Of a stretch of 64,000 bases of DNA, positions 28,916 through 38,081 are shown one piece after another. The notes beneath the pieces are model-generated. The model saw nothing but the letters and a program-made list of their open reading frames with translations. It ran no database searches and was not told where the DNA came from. The stretch is taken from the IMG/VR virus record IMGVR_UViG_3300042466_000764, one strand, 5' to 3'. Origin of the DNA: an uncultured virus (IMG/VR IMGVR_UViG_3300042466_000764). Lineage: Duplodnaviria; Heunggongvirae; Uroviricota; Caudoviricetes. A program made the translations under genes and the position numbers. Within the stretch, counting starts at the first letter, position 1; each line of letters starts with the position of its first letter.

Positions 28916-29638
28916 TCATTTTTTAGTTGCACTAAACAAAATATTATTCCTTCCAACTACACATTGACTACATTTTACACATGCAGAGCCACCCTTGTCA
29001 ATAAGAGGAATTTTTTTATTATTCTCAGGACATGGAACACCCTTTGCATTAACTAAGTTAAGTAGTTGTTCCTTACCCATTGCGAATGTATCTGCAAGAT
29101 ATGCTAATTTAATTCCATGCTCAACGGATAATACTTTAGCATTATCTGTATTTTCACTATCTGTAGAATAATATAAACTTAGATTAGGTAAGTCTTTAAG
29201 AATTAAGGCTGCAGACTTTACTCTTGTATATACCCAAAATTTTATGTCAGGTTGTTCCTCAATAACTGAACGCCATGCGTGTGTGTATTCCTCATTGAAG
29301 AAATCGCCATCCCAGTGAATACGAAATAACATTTCAGCATTACGCTTAACACAATCTTTTTTAAAATCTGCTACCATGTCTGACAATAAATCAAACATGG
29401 TTATTCTGTCAGCGTCTTTTAGTAATTCCCAATTATGCAATAGATTAGCCTTGACTGCCTTGTATAATTTTTCTAGTTTTCCTGCATAACATACTTTCTC
29501 ACATATGGATGTAGCACTAGGGCATGAATAATTTTTTCCTGCAGGTAGACCAAATGTATTTTGAATTAAACTACCATTACCAGCATTATTAACTAGGTTA
29601 GTAACTTTTCTATCGTGTGAGCGTTTTAACTTATTCAT
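28916..29638 (-). CDS. GP88-family protein
   Basis: FGLPAG..SCP....C...CYA...FRIHWDGDF...FWVYTR...NLSLY.S.D. Confidence 0.8.
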   Translation of the reverse strand: MNKLKRSHDRKVTNLVNNAGNGSLIQNTFGLPAGKNYSCPSATSICEKVCYAGKLEKLYKAVKANLLHNWELLKDADRITMFDLLSDMVADFKKDCVKRNAEMLFRIHWDGDFFNEEYTHAWRSVIEEQPDIKFWVYTRVKSAALILKDLPNLSLYYSTDSENTDNAKVLSVEHGIKLAYLADTFAMGKEQLLNLVNAKGVPCPENNKKIPLIDKGGSACVKCSQCVVGRNNILFSATKK

Positions 29639-29870
29639 TTTCTTTTCCTTTGTGTTTATTTTTTCTTGAATACTTTTTTTTATTAGGCATAGGGGTACTA
29701 GCACCAGACCTACGCAATTCTTGAATACGCCTAATCTGCTCTTTAGGTTTTTGGAAATAATTGAACATAGAATAAATATATCATATTAGACTGACAGGGT
29801 CAAGCAGGGGGGGGTAGTGTGTCGTACGTAAAGCCTGTGGATAAGTTGTGGATGGCTCGGGCGTGGATCC

Positions 29871-30122
29871 TCAGTCGTTGCCAACAAAAACAAATAAATC
29901 AAATTTAGTTTCATTATCTGTTTCAATAAAATCTTGTTCACCAAATTCATTTAGTGTTTTTATCTTGTAACCTGTTTCAGTATCTTCTACTGACACAATC
30001 GTTAGTAAATCATTTTCTACTTTGATTATGTCATTAGGCATAAGTTGGTCAGGGTATAAAATATCAGCGTGTATGAGTTCCATGCTTTTTATTTTAGCAG
30101 ACATTTTATAACTCCTTATCAT
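29871..30122 (-). CDS. hypothetical protein
   Basis: Early-region ORF. Confidence 0.55.
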   Translation of the reverse strand: MIRSYKMSAKIKSMELIHADILYPDQLMPNDIIKVENDLLTIVSVEDTETGYKIKTLNEFGEQDFIETDNETKFDLFVFVGND

Positions 30123-30182
30123 ATCTATTAAGATATATAGTTAACACATACAATGCTATACCAATGAGGACTATTTTAAGCA

Positions 30183-30449
30183 TTAGTCGTTCCCCCATTT
30201 GGTAGTTGCTAGTTCAATTAGTGTCTGGTTTTCTATATCGTTTAAGAATAGCATTTGCAGGTTGATTAGGAAATTATGTCTGGCTTCCCTGTTATCTGCT
30301 AGTTGTGCCCACATTTCATCAGACTCAACAAACTTTCTCAATGTATTAACTATAAAGGTTTTTTCCTCTGCTAGTTCATCTATTAAGTCTTGTGTTATAT
30401 CTTTATCAAATACTTCATCAACCATTTTATGTATTGGTTTTTTAGGCAT
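30183..30449 (-). CDS. hypothetical protein
   Basis: Early-region ORF. Confidence 0.55.
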   Translation of the reverse strand: MPKKPIHKMVDEVFDKDITQDLIDELAEEKTFIVNTLRKFVESDEMWAQLADNREARHNFLINLQMLFLNDIENQTLIELATTKWGND

Positions 30450-30592
30450 TTGTCACCAACTCTTGATACTTGAAACAAACTTCAATCGCTTCTTCTGGTG
30501 AATTAACTTTATTTATTTCTTCGCTAAAGGCGTCTTCTAGTTTAGAATTTCCTTTTAGTATTGTATAAGTCTCTGCCATTAGAAATCTTGGG

Positions 30593-30820
30593 TCAGACAT
30601 TTGCTTTCTCCTTTTCTAGTTTTGTTAGTGCGTTTAAGTGCATTGTCATCTTACTACAATGCTCTGACAATCGCAATAGTTGTTCTTTTGTGCTTTCAGA
30701 TAATTCAGCAAAATAGGCTGTTTCATCTAAACAACTTTGTGCTACTAGTATTTTGTCTCTTGCTGTTTCTAAGTGTGCTAACCATTGTGGCTTCATTGTT
30801 CTCCCTCGCAAGGTGGACAC
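30593..30820 (-). CDS. hypothetical protein
   Basis: Early-region ORF. Confidence 0.5.
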   Translation of the reverse strand: MSTLRGRTMKPQWLAHLETARDKILVAQSCLDETAYFAELSESTKEQLLRLSEHCSKMTMHLNALTKLEKEKANV

Positions 30821-30899
30821 AATACGCTGTTGTCAGGATAAATATGTCCTCCGTCTTCGTCATAGTTTATCTTAGTTTTACAAATATCGCAAGTAGCCA

Positions 30900-31109
30900 T
30901 TAGTTAGTTACCCAACCCTCTTGTCTTTTGATATTATGATTATTCAATAAATTTGTTAATTTTTCAATATCAACACCAAAGTCCCACCAAAACCCACACC
31001 ATTGACAAGAGAAACTATTTACATATTGATGAAAGATAATTTCACCTTTATGATTACACTTAGGGCAATCGTTATCTTCTGAATATGTATTCATTAGTCT
31101 GTCACCCAA
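30900..31109 (-). CDS. small zinc-ribbon protein
   Basis: CPKC...CQWCG. Confidence 0.6.
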   Translation of the reverse strand: MGDRLMNTYSEDNDCPKCNHKGEIIFHQYVNSFSCQWCGFWWDFGVDIEKLTNLLNNHNIKRQEGWVTN

Positions 31110-31339
31110 CCCTCTTGTTCTAGTTGTTCTCTTTTAAGTAAGTGAGACTCTGCTAATTTTCTAGCCAAGTCCCATGCACCATCACAACGCCAACTTTTTA
31201 TCATTTCGCCGTCAAGGATTACACTAGCATAAGAGCCGTCTTTACTTTCCATAGTCCACAAATTAACATCATAGAATTTTTGCATGTCGCCAAATTGTGT
31301 TGTCTCTCCTGCCCACCATAGTTGTGTTGAATTAGACAC
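31094..31339 (-). CDS. hypothetical protein
   Basis: GAAAGGA RBS. Confidence 0.6.
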   Translation of the reverse strand: MSNSTQLWWAGETTQFGDMQKFYDVNLWTMESKDGSYASVILDGEMIKSWRCDGAWDLARKLAESHLLKREQLEQEGWVTD

Positions 31340-32024
31340 TTTGGTATTCCTTTCTATTTTCTATTTCGCTTATCTTATCATAGTAGGCAGGGTGTTCTTT
31401 TCTTGACCAACACACCTCACACACTACTTGAAAGAATTTTTTATCGTTATTGCATATTTCGCATTTTGACCAATTAGCCATTTATTTTCTCCTTTTCCAA
31501 TTCATAGTCTAGTCCACATGACAGACATAGAAACCAATCTTTATCTATATTGCGTGCCACATTATATTCATCACAGAATAAACACTTGATACCTTTCATG
31601 CCATAACCTTATCCATAGCACAATCATAGCAAAGGGCATATTTGTTATCATGCACAGGGGTATTCATAGGAATTTCTGTTTCACATCTCCAACATACTAA
31701 ACTCATTATTTATTCCAACCTCTCATTTTAATTAACTTATCTAATTGTTCAATAGTCACTACTGCTTTTAGTGTACCAAGTAATGCATAGTCAGCCATTA
31801 TGCTGTCATTGTATTCTGCATTTAATTCGCTATGAATTAAATCTATTTTGTCATACTTATCCATTTATTTATTTCCTTTCATTTCTGAAATCATTGCTAA
31901 TGTAATTTCTAATCTTACAATATCAGAAGCCTCTGACATTTCTGTAACGGACACGCCGTCATTATCTATATCTACTATTTCTATAAAACCCATTTTTATA
32001 TCCTAACTTTTATCTTATGCTTTC

Positions 32025-32148
32025 AGCCTATCACAGGGGTCTGACAAATTGTGGGAGGGGGGGTCGGCGTGTCGTACGTAAATAAACAAAATGTCCGATT
32101 TTGCCCGAGCGTGTCGAGTGGCTTTTTGTCAGGGGTATGTGATAAAGT
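32025..32148. promoter_or_regulatory. divergent promoter pair (TGTCAG-N10-TANNNT on both strands)
   Basis: Minus strand: CTGACA 32041 with -10 at 32025; plus strand: TGTCAG 32127 with TAAAGT 32143; the gene orientation switches here. Confidence 0.75.
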
Positions 32149-32178
32149 AAAATTAACTACAAACAAAGGAAATAAAAA

Positions 32179-32373
32179 ATGATGACTAGACAACACTTTG
32201 AAAAAGTTGCTTCTTTACTAAAAGAATTTAAGGATGAAATTCCTCAAACTACTTTTGAAGAAATCGTTATGGAATTTGGCGATTTATTTTTAGCAGAAAA
32301 TGAAAGATTCAATGACGCTAAATTTCAAGAGGCTTGTGGAATTACCTGGCCAACTTTTGTTAGATTAAATTAA
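32179..32373 (+). CDS. hypothetical protein
   Basis: AAAGGA RBS; MTR.HF..VA...F..EN.RF...F..AC. Confidence 0.7.
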   Translation: MMTRQHFEKVASLLKEFKDEIPQTTFEEIVMEFGDLFLAENERFNDAKFQEACGITWPTFVRLN

Positions 32374-32459
32374 TCTGCCTTGCCCCCTGAGAGGGGGGTA
32401 CTTAAAGTCGTACGTAAAGGGTACGCTATGATCAGCGAGGGCTCGGGCGAATTCACAGG

Positions 32460-32514
32460 TTATCCACAGGTGTGTATAACTTTATTCACATTACGGCGTG
32501 TTGCCTGTTGATAA
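32460..32514. promoter_or_regulatory. cluster of DnaA-box-like nonamers
   Basis: TTATCCACA 32460, TGTGTATAA 32471, TTATTCACA 32482, TGTTGATAA 32506. Confidence 0.65.
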
Positions 32515-32524
32515 CCCTAAATTA

Positions 32525-32557
32525 GTTCATCTAAAGTTAACCTGGCGTTCATCTAAA
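32525..32557 (+). promoter_or_regulatory. PHO-box-like triple 11-bp direct repeat
   Basis: GTTCATC 32525, GTTAACC 32536, GTTCATC 32547. Confidence 0.55.
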
Positions 32558-32881
32558 AAGGCCAAAATTGTCAGACCCCCCATATATAGTTATATATATA
32601 AGATAAAAGATTTACTAGAAAGGTAAATGAAAATGAAAGTATACGCAATACTAAGATATTACGAGGGTGTAGATACAGATAGTGTCTATCTAAATAGAGC
32701 AGACGCTCAAAAAGTACTAGATACTCTAGATACTAACGATTTTACAATTGAAGAAATTGAGGTGAAATAATGAGAGGATATGTTGAGGCCTACGAGGTCT
32801 ACGAGGCTAGTCTTCCAGAGGGTGTTGAACCTGATGAAGATTACTTTTACAAAATCTTTAGAGGCGAATAGCCCCTATAGT

Positions 32882-33104
32882 CTCTAGGTGAGCCTAGGCA
32901 AATAAGGTCGCAAGACATGAGCCCTAGCAAATAAACTAGAGACAATGTGACTAAGGTCACAAAAACTCAATAGGATAAAACGGACATTAGATAGCGAAAA
33001 TGTCAGACCCCCCCTATATGATAGAGATATAACTAAATAGAGTGCAAGGGTATGAGCCTAGCAAATAAACCTCCTCAAGAGGGTGAGCCTAGCAAATAAG
33101 ACCC
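32882..33104 (+). repeat. two twin TGAGCCTAGCAAATAA elements
   Basis: Units at 32889, 32918, 33053 and 33084; each pair flanks an inner hairpin and is closed by an outer stem. Confidence 0.7.
32946..32961. promoter_or_regulatory. CRP/GlxR-type box
   Basis: TGTGA-CTAAGG-TCACA, upstream of the promoter at 33001. Confidence 0.65.
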
Positions 33105-33454
33105 CCAAGAATTAAATTAAATAAAATCTTGAAAGGATTAAAATATGAATAAAATAAATACTCAAATTGTAGATATAACTTTCCTATGCGTAGGATGTGA
33201 AACCTCTGTAACTAAGATGTGTCACACAGACAATCTATGCAAGATGATGTTTCTATGCTTAGATTGTCATCTAACTAGATTAAACGAATTAAAGAAAGGA
33301 TTATTAGTTAAATGAAATCAATATCCATTACTAGCAAATTAAATGACGGCTTAGATGTGCCGTTCATTTACGAAACGCACTCTATTCAACACGCATTAGA
33401 GATTATATTAAACACCATAGAATTAGGTGCTGAGATAAGTGAGGTAGTTATCAA

Positions 33455-33733
33455 ATGAAACTAACACAACGAGGCAAGAATATACAACTAGTGTTATACA
33501 CAATAGTATTCACGATACTAGCCATAGGTGTATGGCATAAGTATTTCAACAACAATAATTGCGTAGATAAATACACAGCAGAAGTGCTGTCAAATGTTTT
33601 TCTATATGGCGAGGGTATTGAAGTAGACAGAGCAATCACGGCCATATACAACAATGGTGGGTGGGAAGAATATGACACCAATGGTGAAGTGTCTGTAGTA
33701 TTCCCATGCTTAGCCAATGAGGGTTTGGTTTAG
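33455..33733 (+). CDS. hypothetical membrane-anchored protein
   Basis: GAGG RBS; MKLTQRG followed by a TM helix. Confidence 0.6.
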   Translation: MKLTQRGKNIQLVLYTIVFTILAIGVWHKYFNNNNCVDKYTAEVLSNVFLYGEGIEVDRAITAIYNNGGWEEYDTNGEVSVVFPCLANEGLV

Positions 33734-33770
33734 TTTTTGGTGTGTGTAGTGAAGTTGTTTTGATGGTGTG

Positions 33771-33805
33771 TAGTGAGTGCTCTAAAAAAGTGCTCACTAT
33801 ATTTT
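33771..33805 (+). terminator. intrinsic terminator ending the rightward early unit
   Basis: TAGTGAGTGC...GTGCTCACTA followed by a T-rich tail. Confidence 0.55.
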
Positions 33806-33986
33806 GTTAAATTATTTTTTTAGATCGTGCATCATACATCTGAACAAAATATTCAGATTTTAGTAAAAATGGTTTTATAATATATATACACGGCTCTATC
33901 AAGGGACATGATCTCTGAGAATCGTAAGCCCCCATCATCTGCTTAAAGCGTGGTGGGGGTTCTAAAAGATAAGGTATACTTGACCT

Positions 33987-34550
33987 ATGATTAATTTTGA
34001 CGAGACGGTAGCCAGGGCTATCAAAGATGTTCAGACTACAGTTAAAGATGGTACTAGAACCGAAGGATCTATTGATGGGGTTCTTACAAATAAGCCAATA
34101 AATCATGTTGATCATAGAGGAAGACTTTTTGAAATTTGGAACGGTACTGAAGACTTTTGGAAAGATCCAGTTGTATACGCATACATGTTTTCTATTGCAC
34201 ATAACACATCAAAAGGTTGGGGACTTCATTTAGAGAAAAAAGATAGATACACTTTAATTAGTGGTGAGTGCATAACAATTTTGTATGATCCAAGATTAGA
34301 TTCTCCAACATACGGAATGATTCAGAAAGTTACATTAACTCCTCAAGGTATAAGACAATTAGTAATTCCAACTGGCGTGTGGCATATGAATGTTAATATT
34401 TCTACAGATGAAACATTTTTAATTAATCATCCAACACAGGTTTATCATCATGAAGCACCAGATAGATATTTGTTAGATTGGAATACTAAAGATATTCCTT
34501 TTGATGTTTCTAGTGTGTTTCCTAAAAACTATGCATCCTCTTGTAAATAA
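33987..34550 (+). CDS. rmlC: dTDP-4-dehydrorhamnose 3,5-epimerase-like cupin
   Basis: DHRG.L.E...KGW.LH...D.R.DSPTYG...IP.GVWH. Confidence 0.75.
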   Translation: MINFDETVARAIKDVQTTVKDGTRTEGSIDGVLTNKPINHVDHRGRLFEIWNGTEDFWKDPVVYAYMFSIAHNTSKGWGLHLEKKDRYTLISGECITILYDPRLDSPTYGMIQKVTLTPQGIRQLVIPTGVWHMNVNISTDETFLINHPTQVYHHEAPDRYLLDWNTKDIPFDVSSVFPKNYASSCK

Positions 34551-35343
34551 AGATGTTCTGGTTATAGTACCAACTCATTCTAGAGATCATACTTTTAGTT
34601 ATACTATAGATAGCATATTAAATCAGTCATATAAAAATTTTAACTTAGCAATCACTGGAGATGGTGTCAGTGAGGATTATAAAAAAATTATTCAGAAAAT
34701 AGTTGATTCAGATGATAGGGTTTTTTTCTATGATAATAAGAAGACTAAACTTACTGGTAAAACTGGCGAGGTACATAGAAATAAACCAATAGAAGATTTT
34801 AACCCTAAGTATATAACGTATTGTGGGGATGATGATTTGTTAATTCCTAATCATATAGAAAAGATGCTTGAGGAGATACAGGGTTATGATTTTGTTAATC
34901 CTGTTCCATATATGGTTAAACAAAAGGATACTAAAGCAGAGTATCTTGGTAGATTTTTAGATAACGAGGTTGACGCAATGTATTTTAAGGCTTATAATTT
35001 TGTATCACTTACTGGAGTTATGCACAATAAAAGAATATTTGATAGAGTGGGTGGTTGGACGGCTGCCCCTAATGCGTTGGGTACTGATCATAATATGTGG
35101 CTTAAGTTTGTGAAGGTAAAAGATTTTAAGGCAAAGGGTTCAAGGTTTTCTACCACTATCAAGATTAATCGTTCTGGTATTAAGAAACAACATAAGATAA
35201 CGTTAGATGATGAGTTAGAGTTTATTAAAGAATGGTCTGAGGCTATTAAAGATAAAGGTTTTGTAGAAAAATGGAACGCGTATATGGATCAAGTTATAGT
35301 TAACAAAAAGGCTAACCCAACAGTTTACGACATAAAGCAATAA
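34501..35343 (+). CDS. glycosyltransferase family 2 (start may be ATG 34531)
   Basis: VIVPT......IDSILNQSY.NF...DG...YCGDDD. Confidence 0.85.
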   Translation: MMFLVCFLKTMHPLVNKDVLVIVPTHSRDHTFSYTIDSILNQSYKNFNLAITGDGVSEDYKKIIQKIVDSDDRVFFYDNKKTKLTGKTGEVHRNKPIEDFNPKYITYCGDDDLLIPNHIEKMLEEIQGYDFVNPVPYMVKQKDTKAEYLGRFLDNEVDAMYFKAYNFVSLTGVMHNKRIFDRVGGWTAAPNALGTDHNMWLKFVKVKDFKAKGSRFSTTIKINRSGIKKQHKITLDDELEFIKEWSEAIKDKGFVEKWNAYMDQVIVNKKANPTVYDIKQ

Positions 35344-35484
35344 AGGTGTATACTATAGGCATGGCTGATTATTTATATAATGAGTTTTTTGAGACTGTTA
35401 GTTGTGATTGCTGTGTGTACGATACTGACTGTGTAGGTCAACTTAAATTATGGGAAGATAATCAAGAAAAACCAAATTAAACTT

Positions 35485-36243
35485 TTATTGACAACCGTCT
35501 ACTTCGTATTGTTTCTTTAAAGTTTTTTCAAATACATCTTTGTATCTCATGTTAGCAAAATATCCACATAAGTTTTCTTGAGTAGCGAACCATTCTTTAT
35601 CTAATGGATTTTTTTCATCAGCAATTCTTTGAGATGATACTAAGAATATATCGTAGTAGTCTCCATCTTTAAAGTTTGAGTCTGGTCTAAAGTGTACGTG
35701 ATGTGATCCTGAGAACCATACAGCATCGTTAACATCAGTTTCGTATAGTGTGTCTTCTACGTAAAAATCCCAATCAACTGTTTTGTTTAGTTGAATTGTG
35801 TTTGTTACGTGCATTCTGTCGTGATGTTTGTCGCAATGTGGCATTAGACTTGGCATTCCAGCCTCGTTGGTGTATCTTGCAAAGAATACTCCTGGGTCAC
35901 GAACTGGTTCACCCATTAGTGTTTCCATTCTAGATTTAATTTTATTTTTAATTGCTTCAGGGTATCTAACTTTTCCTTCTTCATCTTCATTTAAAATATA
36001 AAATCCGTTATTAGAAATCTTAAGGAAGAAAGCCCACTTGTCTCCTGCTTCGTCTAATCCTCTTTGCATGGTTTTTACAACAACGTCATAGATTTGACCA
36101 TATTCTTCAGCAGTAAAAAAACTTGGTTCTAAATAATGATCTGGTTTGGCAGGTTCAATGTGATGTGCCTTCCATTTTGGTTCTAATGGTTCTTTTGCTA
36201 TCTCTGTTACTTTTGACATATTTATCCTATTCCTCTGTTCCAT
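35485..36243 (-). CDS. 2OG-Fe(II) oxygenase-like
   Basis: RY....P.L.PHCD...W..YVE...F.GS...H.RP; paralog of the next two ORFs. Confidence 0.7.
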   Translation of the reverse strand: MEQRNRINMSKVTEIAKEPLEPKWKAHHIEPAKPDHYLEPSFFTAEEYGQIYDVVVKTMQRGLDEAGDKWAFFLKISNNGFYILNEDEEGKVRYPEAIKNKIKSRMETLMGEPVRDPGVFFARYTNEAGMPSLMPHCDKHHDRMHVTNTIQLNKTVDWDFYVEDTLYETDVNDAVWFSGSHHVHFRPDSNFKDGDYYDIFLVSSQRIADEKNPLDKEWFATQENLCGYFANMRYKDVFEKTLKKQYEVDGCQ

Positions 36244-36874
36244 TATAGTTCATTTTTTTATTGTATGTTTCTATATCGTATAATTTTTCCCATTGTAGGC
36301 ACCATTGTCCGTTTCTTTCATCCATAATTTCTTTGTGTTTTTTGGTAAGCGTTAGGTTTTCTTCGGTGTCTTCTTCAAATTGACACACCATAATATCATA
36401 GTAGTCGTCTTCTTTAAATTCAACGTCTGGTCTCCAATGGACTTGGTGGGATCCTGAGAATAACACTGCATCATTTTTGCGGGGTATAAATTTCTCACCC
36501 TCAACATATATATCCCAATCAAAGGTACTATCTAACACTATAGCAAGAGAGAACCTAGCATCGGTTAAGCCTCTATCATAATGTGGCATAAGTAAAGGTT
36601 TGTGACCTGACTGTAAAGAGTATCTGGCGTAGTGAGTTAAAACTTCTTTTGTTTTTATTCCTAAATCTGTCCCTATTTTTTTCCACAAAACGTTTTTAAT
36701 TGTTTCGTTAAGGAAAAGCGAAGTTGAGGTGTATCCTAATTCGTCGATAACTCTAACATATTCTGGTCTTTTATTAAACACTGCTACTTGGTTATAAAGG
36801 TTTGCGTATTCCTCTTCAGTGAAAAGGTTTGTGATTAATTTTGGTTTAAAGTTTTGGTAAGCCGTCAGACTCAT
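36227..36874 (-). CDS. 2OG-Fe(II) oxygenase-like
   Basis: PHYD...FSGSHQVHWRP. Confidence 0.7.
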   Translation of the reverse strand: MSLTAYQNFKPKLITNLFTEEEYANLYNQVAVFNKRPEYVRVIDELGYTSTSLFLNETIKNVLWKKIGTDLGIKTKEVLTHYARYSLQSGHKPLLMPHYDRGLTDARFSLAIVLDSTFDWDIYVEGEKFIPRKNDAVLFSGSHQVHWRPDVEFKEDDYYDIMVCQFEEDTEENLTLTKKHKEIMDERNGQWCLQWEKLYDIETYNKKMNYNGTEE

Positions 36875-37493
36875 ATTTTCTCCACCAATCTGTACTTGCT
36901 TCTGCTCTGTTAGAAACCATCATTTCCCAATGTTTGTCATCATTCAACATTAATGGAGGATCGTTAGCAAATTGGCAAAGAAGAAAATCGTAATGATCTT
37001 CAGGAGCAAATTCTATTTTTGGTCTCCAATGTATTTGGTGTGTTCCAGCGAACAACAATGCTTGGTTTGGTTCAATTTCAAATTCTTCATCTTCAACAAT
37101 GATGTTCCATTTAAGTGATGTACTTAAAATAATAGTTAATGTGATCAATCCAAAATTTTCTATCATATCAAAGTGTGGTTTTAAAGTTGGTGGATGTCCA
37201 GTTTTCCAAGTGTAACGATTAAATATAAAAGAACATTTTTCTGGATCTGTTTGTTCTATTTTGTAATGCTTGTTGATTTGGTTTATCATAACTTCCAGTA
37301 AAGGTTCTTTGACATAAACATTTTCAGCAAGATAACCCATAGGTTCATTTACTTGTACTTTACTAAATGGACTTTTTCTGCTTTCCTCAATTGTTTTATA
37401 CACATCTTCATATTCTGATGGCGTAAAAAAATCGGGTATAACAACTGGCTTCAAATCAAAATAAGGCTTATCTTTATCTGGCCACTTAATCAT
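36846..37493 (-). CDS. 2OG-Fe(II) oxygenase-like
   Basis: PHFD...FAGTHQIHWRP. Confidence 0.7.
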   Translation of the reverse strand: MIKWPDKDKPYFDLKPVVIPDFFTPSEYEDVYKTIEESRKSPFSKVQVNEPMGYLAENVYVKEPLLEVMINQINKHYKIEQTDPEKCSFIFNRYTWKTGHPPTLKPHFDMIENFGLITLTIILSTSLKWNIIVEDEEFEIEPNQALLFAGTHQIHWRPKIEFAPEDHYDFLLCQFANDPPLMLNDDKHWEMMVSNRAEASTDWWRKYESDGLPKL

Positions 37494-37679
37494 TTAACTA
37501 ATCACACCAGTATCTTTTAACGTATCATATAACAAACCATTCATAAACTTTAATTGTTCAGCCCCTTGTTCAATGAACTGTTCCATTTCTTGGCTAGACA
37601 TGGCACCAGCATCCACAAGGCTTCTGTTATATTTGTTAACAGTGTCACACATTAGTTGTACTGCTTCATCTCTGTACAT
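37494..37679 (-). CDS. hypothetical protein
   Basis: GAAAGG RBS. Confidence 0.65.
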   Translation of the reverse strand: MYRDEAVQLMCDTVNKYNRSLVDAGAMSSQEMEQFIEQGAEQLKFMNGLLYDTLKDTGVIS

Positions 37680-37859
37680 ACATATACCCTTTCTCGGTTA
37701 TAACACTATTATAGCCTATACTGTAGAAAATAACCAGGAATTTGACATGAGGGCGTGTGTCATGCAGGGTTTGTCAATGTTAGGGTTTGTTACTTCTATT
37801 TGTCGGGCGATCGAACTACCGTTCAAAAAAATGTAAAACACTGTTATAATTTTACTACA

Positions 37860-38081
37860 ATGGAATTAAAAATGGCTGCCGAAGTTATCGTGAGTATTCT
37901 ATCCATATTCGGATCTATCGCTTTAGGTGTTAGATGGTTAGTAAAACATTACCTAAGCGAACTTCGTCCGAACTCAGGATCATCCATCAAAGATCAAGTA
38001 AACCGCTTAGAACAAAAGGTAGAAATCATCTATGACATCATATTGTCGAACTCTGAAAAACCTTCTAAGCGTAAAAAATAA
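37860..38081 (+). CDS. small membrane protein
   Basis: TM helix then YL.EL.PN.GSS.KD.V.RLE. Confidence 0.65.
   Translation: MELKMAAEVIVSILSIFGSIALGVRWLVKHYLSELRPNSGSSIKDQVNRLEQKVEIIYDIILSNSEKPSKRKK

Noticed and set aside
32882..33104. CRISPR array from the TGAGCCTAGCAAATAA repeats
   Set aside because: Units are only 16-17 nt, the spacers are 12-15 nt self-pairing hairpins, and no cas genes are present
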